Positions 12,340-24,003 of a stretch of DNA of 64,000 nt are shown in pieces (the stretch's first letter is position 1; every line of letters begins with the position of its first letter). Made by a program: the position numbers and the translations under genes. Source of the stretch: Antedon mediterranea. Taxonomy: Eukaryota > Animalia > Echinodermata. The notes under the pieces were generated by a model. The model had not been told where the DNA came from and ran no database searches. It saw nothing but the letters and a program-made list of their open reading frames with translations. The stretch is taken from contig NC_092674.1 of assembly GCF_964355755.1 (NCBI RefSeq), positions 29,202,001 through 29,266,000 on the forward strand. Direction: 5' to 3'.

Positions 12340-13544
12340 ACCAAGATGTTGTGGTTGATGGTCAATTTTGACCTTTTTATAAATCATGAATTAATTAAAT
12401 AACAAATCAATAGTAACCATTATAACATATTATTCTTGGTTGATTTAAAACCTTTTCTTCTTGATAAAATAGTTTAAAGGTTTCTACGTTTCCACGTACT
12501 TTTTTGTTACATTTTCTCCTGTAATAAATTGATCTAATACAAAAGACAGAAGCAACCATGTTTGTTGTTTGATCTAATTAACGGAGATACTAGGCTAATG
12601 TAGTATGGAACAGACTGTAGGCTTATACAACATCTCCTTCGTCATGGTTAAATGAGAGAGGATTTGTATATGAGATCAATGTATCTTGCCGCCAAAGCCA
12701 GTGGTGTCACAGATATGAGCGCTCACTGGCTAAACCAAGGGGCCTCAGACTGAACAGTCCAAATGCAATGCAGCATTGGAGGTCCCCCAAGGAGTGCTAA
12801 ACCAGGGGCCTTTTCCACGGCAGGAACCGCGGTTTGAGTTCGATTAGGTTCAGTGATTGACTTGACGTAGATATCCTAAGCACCACAACAATAAATCTAT
12901 AAAAATCCGAGTCCGCGGTCTAGCCACACATATTATTATTAAAAACAACATGTTTGGATTACGTAACTTTAATTAGCTTTAAGCATTTCTAGAACAACAT
13001 AAGAGTCCAAAATAAACAAAATACATATCTAATAATAATTAAAACTACGGTCGAAAAAATTACTTTTCCGTCATCCAATTGTGATGAAATAAAAAACATT
13101 TTTCATCCACATTTTTTTTCTGCTAAATTTATACTGGGTACATATAGGCTACATTTCAATAGAGCACTCACTAGTGTGCACACAAGATATACAGGATACC
13201 TTTCGTTATTGATATTTATTTACAGAATGTCCCATTTTTATAAAATTAATTAAAATTAATATTTATAATGGCAATAAGATACGGTAAATCTCGCAACGAA
13301 ATCATTATTATGGGATATTTTCGAAAAACGCATGCGTAGAGTGAGGTGTGACTTAGCTAAGGAGTGACTTTAAATAGGCGTATGATAGCCGATTGATGTA
13401 TAGTAGTCATATTCGATAGTCCATCGCTATGTTCACATTTAAATATTTAAAGCTCTATGGATATTATTAGTTTATTTTAATAATGAAATAAAACTACATT
13501 TACACAGTATTAACTTTGCATAATATTATTGTTTTTGTTATATT

Positions 13545-13750
13545 TACGTGTTTAATGCTATACTTTGTAATGTTTATATTTTTTATTTTAGATTGTAAAA
13601 GGATCCCAATGGAAATAAGCTGATAAGCTTTTTGGGCTATCCTGGAAAATCTTTTATAAATGTATTATTTGTAATGTCCGTAATTTATGTTATCACTTTG
13701 TATGTATTTTTTATGATGATTTTCCAAATAAATTCAAATCAAATCAAATC
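13545..13750 (+). mobile_element. LINE (L2/Crack-like) 3' UTR remnant
   Basis: GGATCCCAATGGAAATAAGC...GCTTTTTGGGCTATCCTG stem-loop, then AATAAA and a (TCAAA)n tail. Confidence 0.45.
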
Positions 13751-13989
13751 ATATTCCGGATTACGAAAATACAGTTAACCTTATCGTTAAAAGGAACTGT
13801 ACAGTCAGTCTATCCACTAATATATTAGAAAGGAAATAGCTACTACTTCCACTAAATAAACTCATTTCCATGTCACACCATAACATCCTTGATGCTATGG
13901 TATATAAAAGGTCATGCTTGAGAACCTTCATCTAGTGTGAATATTGACTATTGTTCCTACTGTAGGCCTGTACTATAACGTACGGCAAG

Positions 13990-14937
13990 ATGAAATCTGG
14001 AAGATATATAGTGCTATTGCTCCTTGCCGCTGTCTATTTCAGCAGTGTGAACGGTTGCCAAGATTCACAATGCTATCGTCCACGTAAGTACGTGTTAAGG
14101 TTATCTCATAATGTAAGACTGAATTTTTCAATCATTATTAGCAAATAAGCAAATCCTGATGAACTTAAAGTTCCTGATTAAATCGTGTGTTGTTTTACAG
14201 AAATTCTTCCTTACCATCATTGGAAACTTGATGGGTGTCCAGAGGACGAGACTATCTGCGGCGGCAGCTGCAGCCAAGAAGAGCTTCCAGAAACAGACGT
14301 CAGTCCAACTGGTATCAAGTCAAGATCTTTGCCAACTGTAGACGGTCCAAATGGCAACTGCGCCGTGTACCTAGACCGAGCTCACTCAGATAGCATAGAC
14401 TTTGGAGAATTCGCCAACACTTGTTTGACCCGTTTAGAACTTTGCAAAAGAGGTTTAACCGTCAGTGTTTGGCTCAAGATTGATACTAGCCTCAATGGGC
14501 GAACTTACTACGTCAGTTCTGGTGGACAGACGACAGTCAGCCGCGGTATCTCCATTTTGGGAAGCAGGAATGTTGAATCGTATGGTGATACGTTTGTACT
14601 CACAGTACATCTTAGGGATCTAAACCACATCTGGGAAGCAGATACATCGGCACTTCCATCAAATGGTCGATGGGCACATATAGCTTTTACATGGAGTGAG
14701 TACCATGGTCTCCGAGTTTTTATAGACGGCCAACTGCAAGCGCAGCATAAATTTGGAACTCCGCTAACAACTAATCTTTACCAATACACAAGACTAATGA
14801 TTGGTCGACCTAACAGCGTGAGCAATTATTTTGGAAGCTCTGGCTTTTCAGATTTGAAAATATATTACCAACGCCTAGAGGATCATGAGATTGCAGAAGC
14901 CTTCACCAATGAAAGGTTTCCAAAAAAATTGGCCTAA
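13990..14937 (+). CDS. Secreted LamG-like jellyroll (concanavalin A-like/pentraxin fold) protein, copy 2
   Basis: TATATAAAAG at 13901; exon 1 13990-14083 encodes a signal peptide (MKSGRYIVLLLLAAVYFSSVNGCQ); exon 2 14201-14937 has NTCLTRLELCKRGLTVSVWLK...GRWAHIAFTWSEYHGLRVFIDGQL...LMIG, typical of Laminin_G_3 and ADGRD-type pentraxin domains. Confidence 0.88.
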
Positions 14938-15284
14938 AACAAGTTGTTATTGCTTAATTTCAAATTTTGTAGAAATAGTAAACATTAATAGTGATAATTA
15001 CTGAAAATTATCAATAAAACAATAATATCTTTATAGTAATAACTTGAGAAATAATATAAAATATAATTTTGCAGTAATTTTCTGTTTCTTCTGATTTTGA
15101 GTTGTTTAGAAAAAGAATAAATCGATCTATATCATAAAGACATGATGTAATTATTATTGTGTTATTGTTTTTCTATTTAAAAAAATCAATCGCACCCACA
15201 AATCTGAAGGTACTTACAAACACATTTAAACTTAAATAAAGTAAATGTTATTAATCAATTCTTAATTTAGTTAATAATATTGAT

Positions 15285-15920
15285 TGATTTATTTATTTAT
15301 TTATTACCATCTTTACTGAGGGTAGCCTATCCAGTTCCTAATGGAACTGATCATTTAGGGCCCTCAATAAAACATACATACAGTAAAACACATAAAATAT
15401 TGAATATTCAAATGACATAAAATAGGCCTAAAAATTTACAATGGTTATAAAATTCATATAAAAGTTAAAATCGTTGACAGATAAAATATATATATATAAA
15501 ATACGAACAATATTAGCTGGAAATAAATTCTTTAAGTTCACGTTTAAAGGAAATAATATTTTCAGATTGTCGAATGATTTTAGGAATCATATTAAAATAC
15601 ATAGGCGCTTTATAACTGAAACATTGTTTAAAAATCTCTAATGAAGGTCGAGGAACAATATAATTACAATTAGAGATGGATCTGGTAGTTGGTCGACCTC
15701 CGGGCTGAGTCCTGGTTAACATGCGACTGATGTAATCCGGAATGGTATTGATGGAAGCCCGATAGGCGAGACAACCAAGTTGAAACTGATAACGTTGAGA
15801 AACGGATGAGATGGAAAGGGTGTTATCAATAAGGTGGGATGGGGTATGAGGGTGAACTTTCAAAATAACTCTTTTAGCTCTATTTTGAAGTTTCTGGACT
15901 TTAGCAATGAGTGGTGCTCG
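15285..15920 (-). mobile_element. 5'-truncated LINE (L2/Crack/Daphne-like) insertion
   Basis: KVQKLQNRAKRVILK..., then ORF 15513-15863 ending FSYKAPMYFNMIPKIIRQSENIISFKRELK; 3' stem-loop and (TAAA)n tail. Flanked by TGAT on both sides inside a duplicated NAXE 3' end. Confidence 0.8.
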
Positions 15921-16008
15921 TGATGCAACATTCAGTCCCTGGGTAATCTGGTAGATTCAGCAGTGACACATACCAAATAACACGACGATGGCGGGAAACT
16001 CAGCGGTA
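15921..16008. other. Tandem-duplication junction: NAXE 3' end copy joined to CNBD 3' end copy
   Basis: 15921-15961 matches 18443-18483 (NAXE last exon). 15966-16008 matches 10471-10538 (CNBD last codons) with an internal deletion between GGCGG repeats. Confidence 0.85.
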
Positions 16009-16037
16009 ATACAACAAGGATAAATAAATAAAACTAA

Positions 16038-16395
16038 GAGTGAAAACTCATAGCGTTGAAAAAAAGAATCAGCGTCGTTTGTGAATATAATATTTTGGTA
16101 TTTTATTGTTAATATAACATTATCCTTTTAAGTAAACCAGGAAATTAGTTTGACTTTGTTCCCCAGTAAACTATCACTGTTCATATCTCATCCTGATTCA
16201 GTTCCGTTAGTATACTCTCTTGTGTTACAGATAAGAGTCTTCCCCACGAACACTAGAAACTTGATGGGCGTGTCAAAGAGACGTGACTATTTGTGGAGAC
16301 AGCTGCAGTTAAGAAGAAATTTCAGTTGGTATCAAATCAGCATATCTTTGCCAAAAATAACAATTACGCCGTGTACATAGACCAATCTCATTCTA
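16038..16395 (+). pseudogene. Decayed fragment of a fourth LamG gene copy (intron plus start of exon 2)
   Basis: 16038-16140 matches the copy-1 intron (GTGAAAACTCATAGCGTTGAAAA...GCGTCGTTTGTGAATATAATATTTTGGTA). 16230-16395 is a frameshifted version of the exon 2 start (CACTAGAAACTTGATGG...AGCTGCAG...GGTATCAAATCA...GCCGTGTACATAGACC). Confidence 0.75.
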
Positions 16396-16402
16396 TTTGT
16401 CT

Positions 16403-16793
16403 TTTTAGTCTCGTGCAACGCGACTCTACAGCTTACGATGTCGGTCGGTTAGTCGGTTGGTCGGTAAACACCAACTTGAGTTGATTAAGGAATAGAATGA
16501 TAGAAGGAATTCAGAAATAGAAGGATATGAATCGACGGTGACATCAAACGATAAGAGCGCGCGAAAGCTTAACAAACATAAAGGTTGTTGAGCATGAGCA
16601 GTAAACAATTATTAGGCACGCGACTTGTATATTAACGACGGTTAATTAAACTGTGTTTATTTTGTAACATTGTGGACGGTCCGCGGTCTCTCGGTTAGAG
16701 TCATGGAAGCTTTGATCTCGAACTGATGCATATCCTTCCATTCCTTAATCCATGCTTTAGCACGAGACTACTGCAGCCATGCATGGCCTTGTT
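16403..16793 (+). mobile_element. Helentron-associated non-autonomous element (HINE/DINE-1-like)
   Basis: T-run start; sub-terminal IR AGTCTCGTGC (16407) and GCACGAGACT (16760); (GTCG)n microsatellite near the 5' end; 3' hairpin GCCATGCATGGC followed by CTTGTTT. Confidence 0.7.
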
Positions 16794-17058
16794 TATTAAG
16801 GAAATAAAACTATAATATATAATTATATAACTTTACATATTCCTGATTAGGCCAATAGCGACATATATCACCATCGTTAAAACGAACTGTTTATTCAATA
16901 GATTAGAGATACATTAGTTAACGTTAAATACTTCCAGTAAATAAAACCCTTTCCATGCCACGCCTTAACATTATTGATGCTATGCTATATAAAGTATCAT
17001 GATTGGAAACGTTCAACCATTGCTTTCCGTGACTGCTGTTCCTACGGTGTAAAACAAA

Positions 17059-18072
17059 ATGATACCTGGGTATGTGTTGCTCCTCGCCGCTGTCTATTTC
17101 AGTAGTGCCCATGTAAACGGTTGTCAAGTTTCACAGGGCTATCGACCACGTAAGTCTGAAGTTTATTTCAATTAATTTATTATTGTCTTAAAACCGAAAG
17201 GCCACATTGTTTCCATCATTTTAGAGCACGTGCTGTGTAGTGAAAAAAAACGCCAATTCTAGAGATCTCATGATAAGCTTATACGTTTTAAAACTGCTTT
17301 TTACAAGCGAAGTTCCTTGATAATTTTCTGTTTTACAGAAATCCTTCCTTACCATCACTGGAAACTTGGGTGTCCAGAGGACGACACTATCTGCGGCGGC
17401 AGCTGCAGCCAAGAAGAGCTCCCAGAAACAGACGTTAGTCCAACTGGTATCAAATCAAGATCTTTGCCAACTGTAGACGGTCCCAATGGCAACTGCGCCG
17501 TGTACCTAGACCGAGCTCACTCAGATAGCATAGACTTTGGAGAATTCGCCAACACTTGTTTGACCCGTTTAGAATTTTGCAAAAGAGGTTTAACAGTCAG
17601 TGTTTGGCTCAAGATTGATACAAGCCTCAATGGCCGAACGTTCTACGTCAGTTCTGGGGGACAGACGGGATCCAGCCGCGGTATATCCATTTTGGGAAGC
17701 AGGAATTTTGAATCGTATGGTGATACGTTCGTACTCACAGTATATCTTAAAGATCTAAACCACAGCTGGAAAGCAGAAACCTCGGCACTTCCACCAAACG
17801 GCCGATGGGCACATTTAGCTTTTACATGGAGTGAGTACCATGGTCTCCGAGTTTTTATAGATGGCCAACTGCAAGCACAGCATAAATTTGGAACTCCGCA
17901 ATCAACTAATCTTTACCAATACACAAGACTAATGATTGGTCGACCTAACAACGTGAACAATTATTTTGGAACCTCTGGCTTTTCAGATTTGAAAATATAT
18001 TACCAACGCCTAGAGGATCATGAGATTGCAGAAGCCTTCACCAATGAAAGGTTTCCAAAACAAATGGCCTAA
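17059..18072 (+). CDS. Secreted LamG-like jellyroll protein, copy 3
   Basis: TATATAAAG near 16986; exon 1 17059-17149 (MIPGYVLLLAAVYFSSAHVNGCQVSQGYRP); exon 2 17339-18072 is closely similar to copy 2 with a one-codon deletion (WKL-GCP). Confidence 0.87.
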
Positions 18073-18428
18073 AACAAGTTGTTACTGATTAATTTCGAAT
18101 TTTGTAGAAATAGTAAACATTAATAGTAAATAATTACTGAAAATTATCAAATATTTGTAATCAATGAAAACAACAATATCTTGATAGTAATTAACTTGAG
18201 AAATAATATAAAATGTAATTTCTACATATTTGTAGGAATTTTCTGTTTCTTCTGATTTTGAGTTGTTTAGAAAAAGAAATAAATCGATCTATATCATAAA
18301 GACATGATGTAATTATTATTGTGTTATTGTTTTTCTATTTAAAAAAATCAATCGCACCCACAAATCTGGAGGTACTTACAACAACATTTAAACTTAAATA
18401 AAGTAAATATTATTAAATAATTCTAAAT

Positions 18429-20481
18429 TTAGTTAGTAATATTGATGCAACATTCGGTCCCTGTGTAATCTGGTAGATTGAGCTGATACCTGTTTGCAAG
18501 AGAATCCGGTACAAATCGTCCACCAAGGTAGTGATGTCTTCCTTTAAATAACTCGGCACACTTTTTCGGAGCGGTTAAAGAGATGAGAAATTCTGGTTGG
18601 AGACCATCTGGATTTCCATTCTCAACATCCCAACCTAAAAAAAGGAATGAGGTAATTATTTTTTGAATGCATGAATTTGAAATAAGGGAAAAACGAATTA
18701 ATTGTAATTGTTTGTATGGGGGTGGGTTCAGCAAATCATATTTCCAGACTGCACTGTTTCAACACCTCCCTCCTCCCTTCTCACAATCCCATGACACAAT
18801 GCTGAGACAAGACGACACATAGGCCCAGCTTTTTTTTTTACAATCTTACCTGATGGTACATCAATGCTACATATTGGTATCGTCACCGTCTTCAAGGTAT
18901 CTAAAACATCCTTAAAGGGCGCCCTCACTTCACCTTTGAAACTGAACCCGAAAATTGCATCTACTATGAACATGTAGGTCTTATTCATGTCATCTGACTG
19001 TGGAAGGCTGGATACAAATGGGATGTCCATCATAGAGCACTGTGTGGTCAGGTTTTGGAAAAGCTCTCTTGATGGTCGTTTGGGGTAAAATATTGTCGGA
19101 CGATAACCCTACAAAACAACAATAGATTTTCCAAGCAATTAAAATGTTTTCAAAAGTAACTTACCTGTCTACACTACTCTATAAAACTAGTTTGACAAAA
19201 AAAATGATATGCCTAAATATTATAGTGATATGCTTAAATATGGTAGTGACATCATCTCCATATCGGCACATATCATTTTTTGTCACATAAAGTAACATTA
19301 AAGAGATAGCTTTAGTCATTAATACTGTTTTTTGACTGTGACATTTATAATTCTCTCCCAGGGTCCCAGTGGAGACCAGTGTTTTTGTTGACTGATTGGG
19401 CCACCTGGTAATTTAGAATATATAAATGATAAATAAATAATTGTTTGGAGTAAATTAAAGTAATTATCTTATAAGTAACTTACAAATAGTTTTAAATGGC
19501 GTGCACACACTAGTCCGTCACCACCATTATTTCCGGGTCCACAGCAAATCAAAACGTTGCGACCATTTGTAATTGACGTGTTTAGGGGATATGCTTGGGC
19601 GATTGCTGTTGCGCAACTCAATCCAGCTAGTTCCATCAGCTGATCAACACTGAATTTGTATTCGTTAAACAGTAGCTGGTCAATTTCAGTCGCTTCATCT
19701 TGACTAAATAAATAAAATAAATTATAATACAATATTATCGTAAAACAATCTAGTGTAATTAAGTCACTAGTAAACTAAAATGAGATGGCTCACAATTAAT
19801 TATTAAATATTTATAAAACTTTATGATTTTTTGATCAAGCAGGTTTGATAAATTTGACCAAAAAAAGTTACATACCTCAGAAGTTTTAAAGTCTTAGATG
19901 TTGCCATAGTGGTGGATGAAGTATTTAAAAATTGTTGCTGACAAACTATCTTTGGAAAAATTCTTCTAAATGTTGTCAATGAATTTCTGAAATATTTTCT
20001 GGAGACAAGAGTCTGAAAAAGATGTTTTAGTGATTAGCTAAATTGATAATGCAGTTAAACTACATGTGGGTTTATTATAATTATTTCTCTTTTGGCGTCC
20101 CATATACTACATAGGCCGAACCGACTCGGTTGCAATATCAAAGTAAAATGGCAGCGATAGCCACAGCCTCATAGATTTCCCTATCATACCAGCCTTCGTA
20201 CTATTATATCTACTACCAGGCCTACGTGTTTGATTATTAAGGCATTTCAATTAAACTGTAATAGGTGTAAACCAACCAAACTAGGCCTATATAGTTTCGT
20301 CAGAAAAGCAGCCATAAAATTAAATAAAAATCATTATTTTTCGACTTTAAAACCCAATAGACTTTAGCGACCACGACGAATTATTACTCTTATCGAAGTA
20401 TGTATGGCACGCATTAACCGCATAAATTTATAAACGACTTTATATGTCTCTACTAACCATGGACCTCCAAGTACTAACCAT
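18429..20481 (-). CDS. NAXE: NAD(P)H-hydrate epimerase (YjeF_N domain; APOA1BP)
   Basis: Exons 20458-20481 (putative first), 19876-20012, 19484-19703, 18850-19108 and 18429-18634. Motifs [51 protein letters not shown] and LISLTAPK...HYLGGRFVP. Confidence 0.93.
19355..19440 (+). mobile_element. LINE/SINE 3' tail remnant
   Basis: CAGGGTCCCAGTGGAGACCAG...CTGATTGGGCCACCTGG stem-loop followed by (ATAA)n. Confidence 0.4.
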
Positions 20482-20673
20482 GCAAAAGTGATATCTAAAA
20501 TTAATTAAAAATTGATCACAAAATTTCTTAACTTTCCTTCATTTAAATGTATAGATACTGGTGGATACTAAATAGGCCTATTATACTTCTTATAAAAGGC
20601 CTATATTTACACTGTAGCTATTCTAAACCGTGTACTATACTGTACATTCTTTAAACTTTATGTTGATTTAGCT

Positions 20674-20687
20674 GTTGCTATGGAGAT
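20674..20687 (+). promoter_or_regulatory. RFX X-box in the divergent promoter between NAXE and the uncharacterised gene
   Basis: GTTGCTATGGAGAT is close to the X-box consensus GTTRCCATGGNAAC and lies just upstream of a probable non-coding first exon. Confidence 0.55.
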
Positions 20688-21271
20688 TATGCAATCAACG
20701 TGTGTGACCGTGTCGCGGCTAAAAACAGTGCAAACGACTTAAAGTTTGATTCAGCCAGGTTTTCATGTGTTTTAGTAAGTATTCTAAAAAGAACAAATTT
20801 AAACTAGTGTGCAGATAAACTAAAGAACAGATAGATTGTGAATTTAGCCTACGAAAGAGCTGTAGTCCTATAGCGACCGTTTGTTTGTTATAGCAACTGT
20901 CTTAGGTAGGCTAATAAGTTTCTCTTACACAAAAGTCTGAACTTACTCAGATTCAACGCTTTGTAAGTTTGTAGTTTCCCAGGGATAGCCAGGCCTGAAC
21001 CATTAGCCACGTGTCCAACCAAATTTGGATTGAATTTGGATTTTGAAGTTATTTCGTTATTTAGAGCTCTACAATGAATTCCTAACAATATTTGATTTAG
21101 TATATTAATAAAATTAAATACTGGTATATTCTTAGGTGATAATGTGTAATGTAAACTTTTTTTTTCAAGGAATCAACACTATCAAGAGATTTGATAAAAA
21201 ATGGAAAATTTGAACTTTAGAAATCAGCTACAAATTAAAGATAAGAAAATTCAGATCACTGAAAAATAATA

Positions 21272-23912
21272 ATGGAAGAACAAACATGTAAAGCTGATGA
21301 CAAGTATGAGGTAGAATCAAGAGTATCTGATGAGGATGACAGAATACGAATAAGCATACCCTCAGTAATGGTGGATTACAAGAAAGAAGAAACGGCACCA
21401 ACGTCGAAGGAAAAAGGTGATCCAACAATTGAAAAGGAACAGAGGGCTGGTGGTGGCAATATTAGTATTAATGTCGACGATATTAAACAATTTAATGATG
21501 TTAATCAAAGTGTAAAAAGTAGTGATTCAAGGAGGCAAGAATTAGACAACTCAGAAACTGGTGGTGGACAACTACATTCAGAAGGCAGTTGCATCAACGT
21601 CCCAAAAACATTAGCAGGAGGAGACAGAGAGACGTTGATGTCCGCCGCCAAGGGTGTGGATTTTGCGATTGAGCCTGCCAACGTTTACTTGGATGAGGTC
21701 GATGAAGAAATCAATCAGGTGATCAACTCTAGTACAGACGATCAGATGCAGTTTGGTTTTAGCGAACAAGTTAATCATTCATGTGGTCTTACTGTAAATA
21801 CACCTGCTACAGAAATGACTGATAGGTATGTGACAAAACAATGTGATGTGCCCATATATGGACATGATGATGTCATATCACTACCATATTTGGGCATATC
21901 ACTACCATATTTGGGTCACATCACTTTTTTTGTCCAACTAGTTTGATAGTGTATATAGAGCTTTAGTTTGCTGTAAGTCCTATACTGAAATACAAATGAA
22001 TGCCATTACACCTCTTGTATTCAAATTCATATGGACATTCAGTATGTTGCTCTTAATAAAAAATATGTTTTTTTCTTTTAATTTTGCTGTAAGAATGACC
22101 AAAGTAGTTAATTTTAAATATTTTAAGCCATATTTAGTCATAAGTTAAAATACAACTTTAAACATTTTGCCTATATGCTTAGAAACAAAATTACTCAACC
22201 AAAATGATATAGTGGTTTAAATTATATATCCATCTAACAAAAGATATTGTTTGTTGTTAAGAACTTTATATTCCCTGTCATGCATGAATGACAGGGAATA
22301 ATGTTTTGCAACAACCTGCTTGGCAGGGAAGAAACTGAAGAAAGGGAAGAAAGTATATACAATCTTTTGTTATGTATATATTTATACCAATTGTGGTGTC
22401 TCATTCAATGGATTTTTGCTTTAAAAAATAAACTGTTGCTATTGTCAAATTCTTCGGTTTGCCTGCACCATGGTAACCTTACCACACACACCAAACAAAC
22501 ATATTTTTTTCTTTTTTGCAGTCATTTTCAAATACACAGTATCAGAACACCAATGAAAGAAAGATATTATGAAGATGCAGTTATGTTAATGAATTGCCGG
22601 TGTAAAAGTGGATCAACCTATCTCACCTCCGCCACAATGAAGACAACCCCAAAATGCATGCGGACAACCAGTGGTCGTCAAGTGCCTGTGTTTACGCTGC
22701 CAAGTTTGGTGGCGCACATCAATAAACCACCTTTCTCGTGTAATCCAAACAGCTATTTTTATGTTCGTCAACAGATTAAGCAAGAGCCAAACTTTTTGAA
22801 GGTAATTTTATCAGTTTCATAGACATCCCACAACAAGTAACTCGCTAATTACAGGATGGATAATCTATATTAATGCTTACTAAGGGGGGTGGGGAGGACG
22901 TGGAGCAGGACCTTGGGATTGGAAGGCAGGCATTAACCACCATCAAGCTACAGCTCCACTACAATCTGTATGGAAACTTCACTTATATTATTGCCCTAGT
23001 TGCCTAATGGAAGAGTCCAAGTTTAAATCCCGTTCACTGTCACTTCATCTTCACCATTTATAGTATATTGCTTGAACACTTTTTAGTGTTTTTCTGAAAA
23101 AAAAATGTATAATACTTTTGTACTCATAGGCTTGGAAAGGTTACCATGGAAATGTCTATTTTGAACCTATGACCTGTAAACAGTTAGCAAGTGGGGGTGA
23201 TAAAGAGCATCATATCGCAAGATCAAGCAACAAATCAAGCAAAACTGGACGTTTTAGTTTACCAAACCTTGACGGTCGTTCACAGAGTCGTGTCTCATTT
23301 GCCAGTGACACAAAAACGGACCAATCAAATAGGGTAAAAACACGTAGCAGATCTGTTCGAAGTTCTGTAAGCAGAAGTAATAAATCGACATCACAGAACG
23401 CATCAATTTCGCAAAAAATGAGACAAATGTCTATTCTTGATAGACAGTCTGTAATGAAGCGTAGCAATTCTAGGCTTAGCGAAGACATGAATTGGATATC
23501 AGGCCAAGAGTCTACAGGCTCTCTGTGCATTGGTCAGCCACAACAACGTACAAAATCTCAGGCCTACTCCGATTCTGACAAACATTACAAATTGAAAATA
23601 TGTCGAGGTATAGCAAGCCGAAGTAAAGATTATATTGACCAGTCGCCAGTGTTTAGTTTAAATGGCGGGAAACTTAACGAATCATGGTTGGAGAAGAAGT
23701 TTCAACCAAGCTCCAGGTTGGTTACTGCCACCCCCGAGGACTCCACAGAATTCTATCGGTACTCCAGTAATCGGACATCGGTAGTAGATGGTAGTCAGGG
23801 AAATATCGACCAATCAAATGATCTTGTTCATGTAGTTCCATCGCCGAGTCAGGGAAACCCTAGGAAGTTAAACATAAAGGATACAAGTTTACGATTAACT
23901 TTTTCACATTAG
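21272..23912 (+). CDS. Uncharacterised, largely low-complexity protein (acidic N-terminus, Ser/Arg-rich C-terminus)
   Basis: Exons 21272-21825, 22522-22801 and 23130-23912 join in frame through canonical GT-AG sites (about 538 aa). No family recognised. Confidence 0.7.
21827..21962 (+). mobile_element. MITE family A copy starting at an intron donor
   Basis: TGTGACAAAACAATGTGATGTGCCCATATATGGACATG...AGTTTGATAGTGTATATAGAGCT; the left TIR is missing. Confidence 0.8.
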
Positions 23913-23915
23913 GCA

Positions 23916-24003
23916 AAATGGAAGCTTGCATTCACACTGCTAAAACGCAAGCTTGCATTCACACTGCTGAAATGGAAGCCTGCATTCACACAGCTGAAAC
24001 GCA
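23916..24003. repeat. Three ~27-bp tandem repeats immediately after the stop codon
   Basis: AAGCTTGCATTCACACTGCT(A/G)AAA occurs three times. Confidence 0.8.

Noticed and set aside
12386-12445. SECIS-like ATGAA...AAA...TGAT downstream of LamG copy 1
   Set aside because: The predicted upper stem pairs poorly and such words are frequent in AT-rich DNA; not accepted without a covariance-model hit.
12590-12930. GC-richer insert between LamG copies 1 and 2 with a repeated GCTAAACCA.GGGGCC word
   Set aside because: Probably a transposon fragment, but I could not define termini, a tail or a ribozyme core.
21826-21946. Recurrent peptide [18 protein letters not shown] in several ORFs (also 1975-2184, 28631-28813, 39164-39469, 40572-40958)
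   Set aside because: These are translations of MITE family A, not a protein domain.
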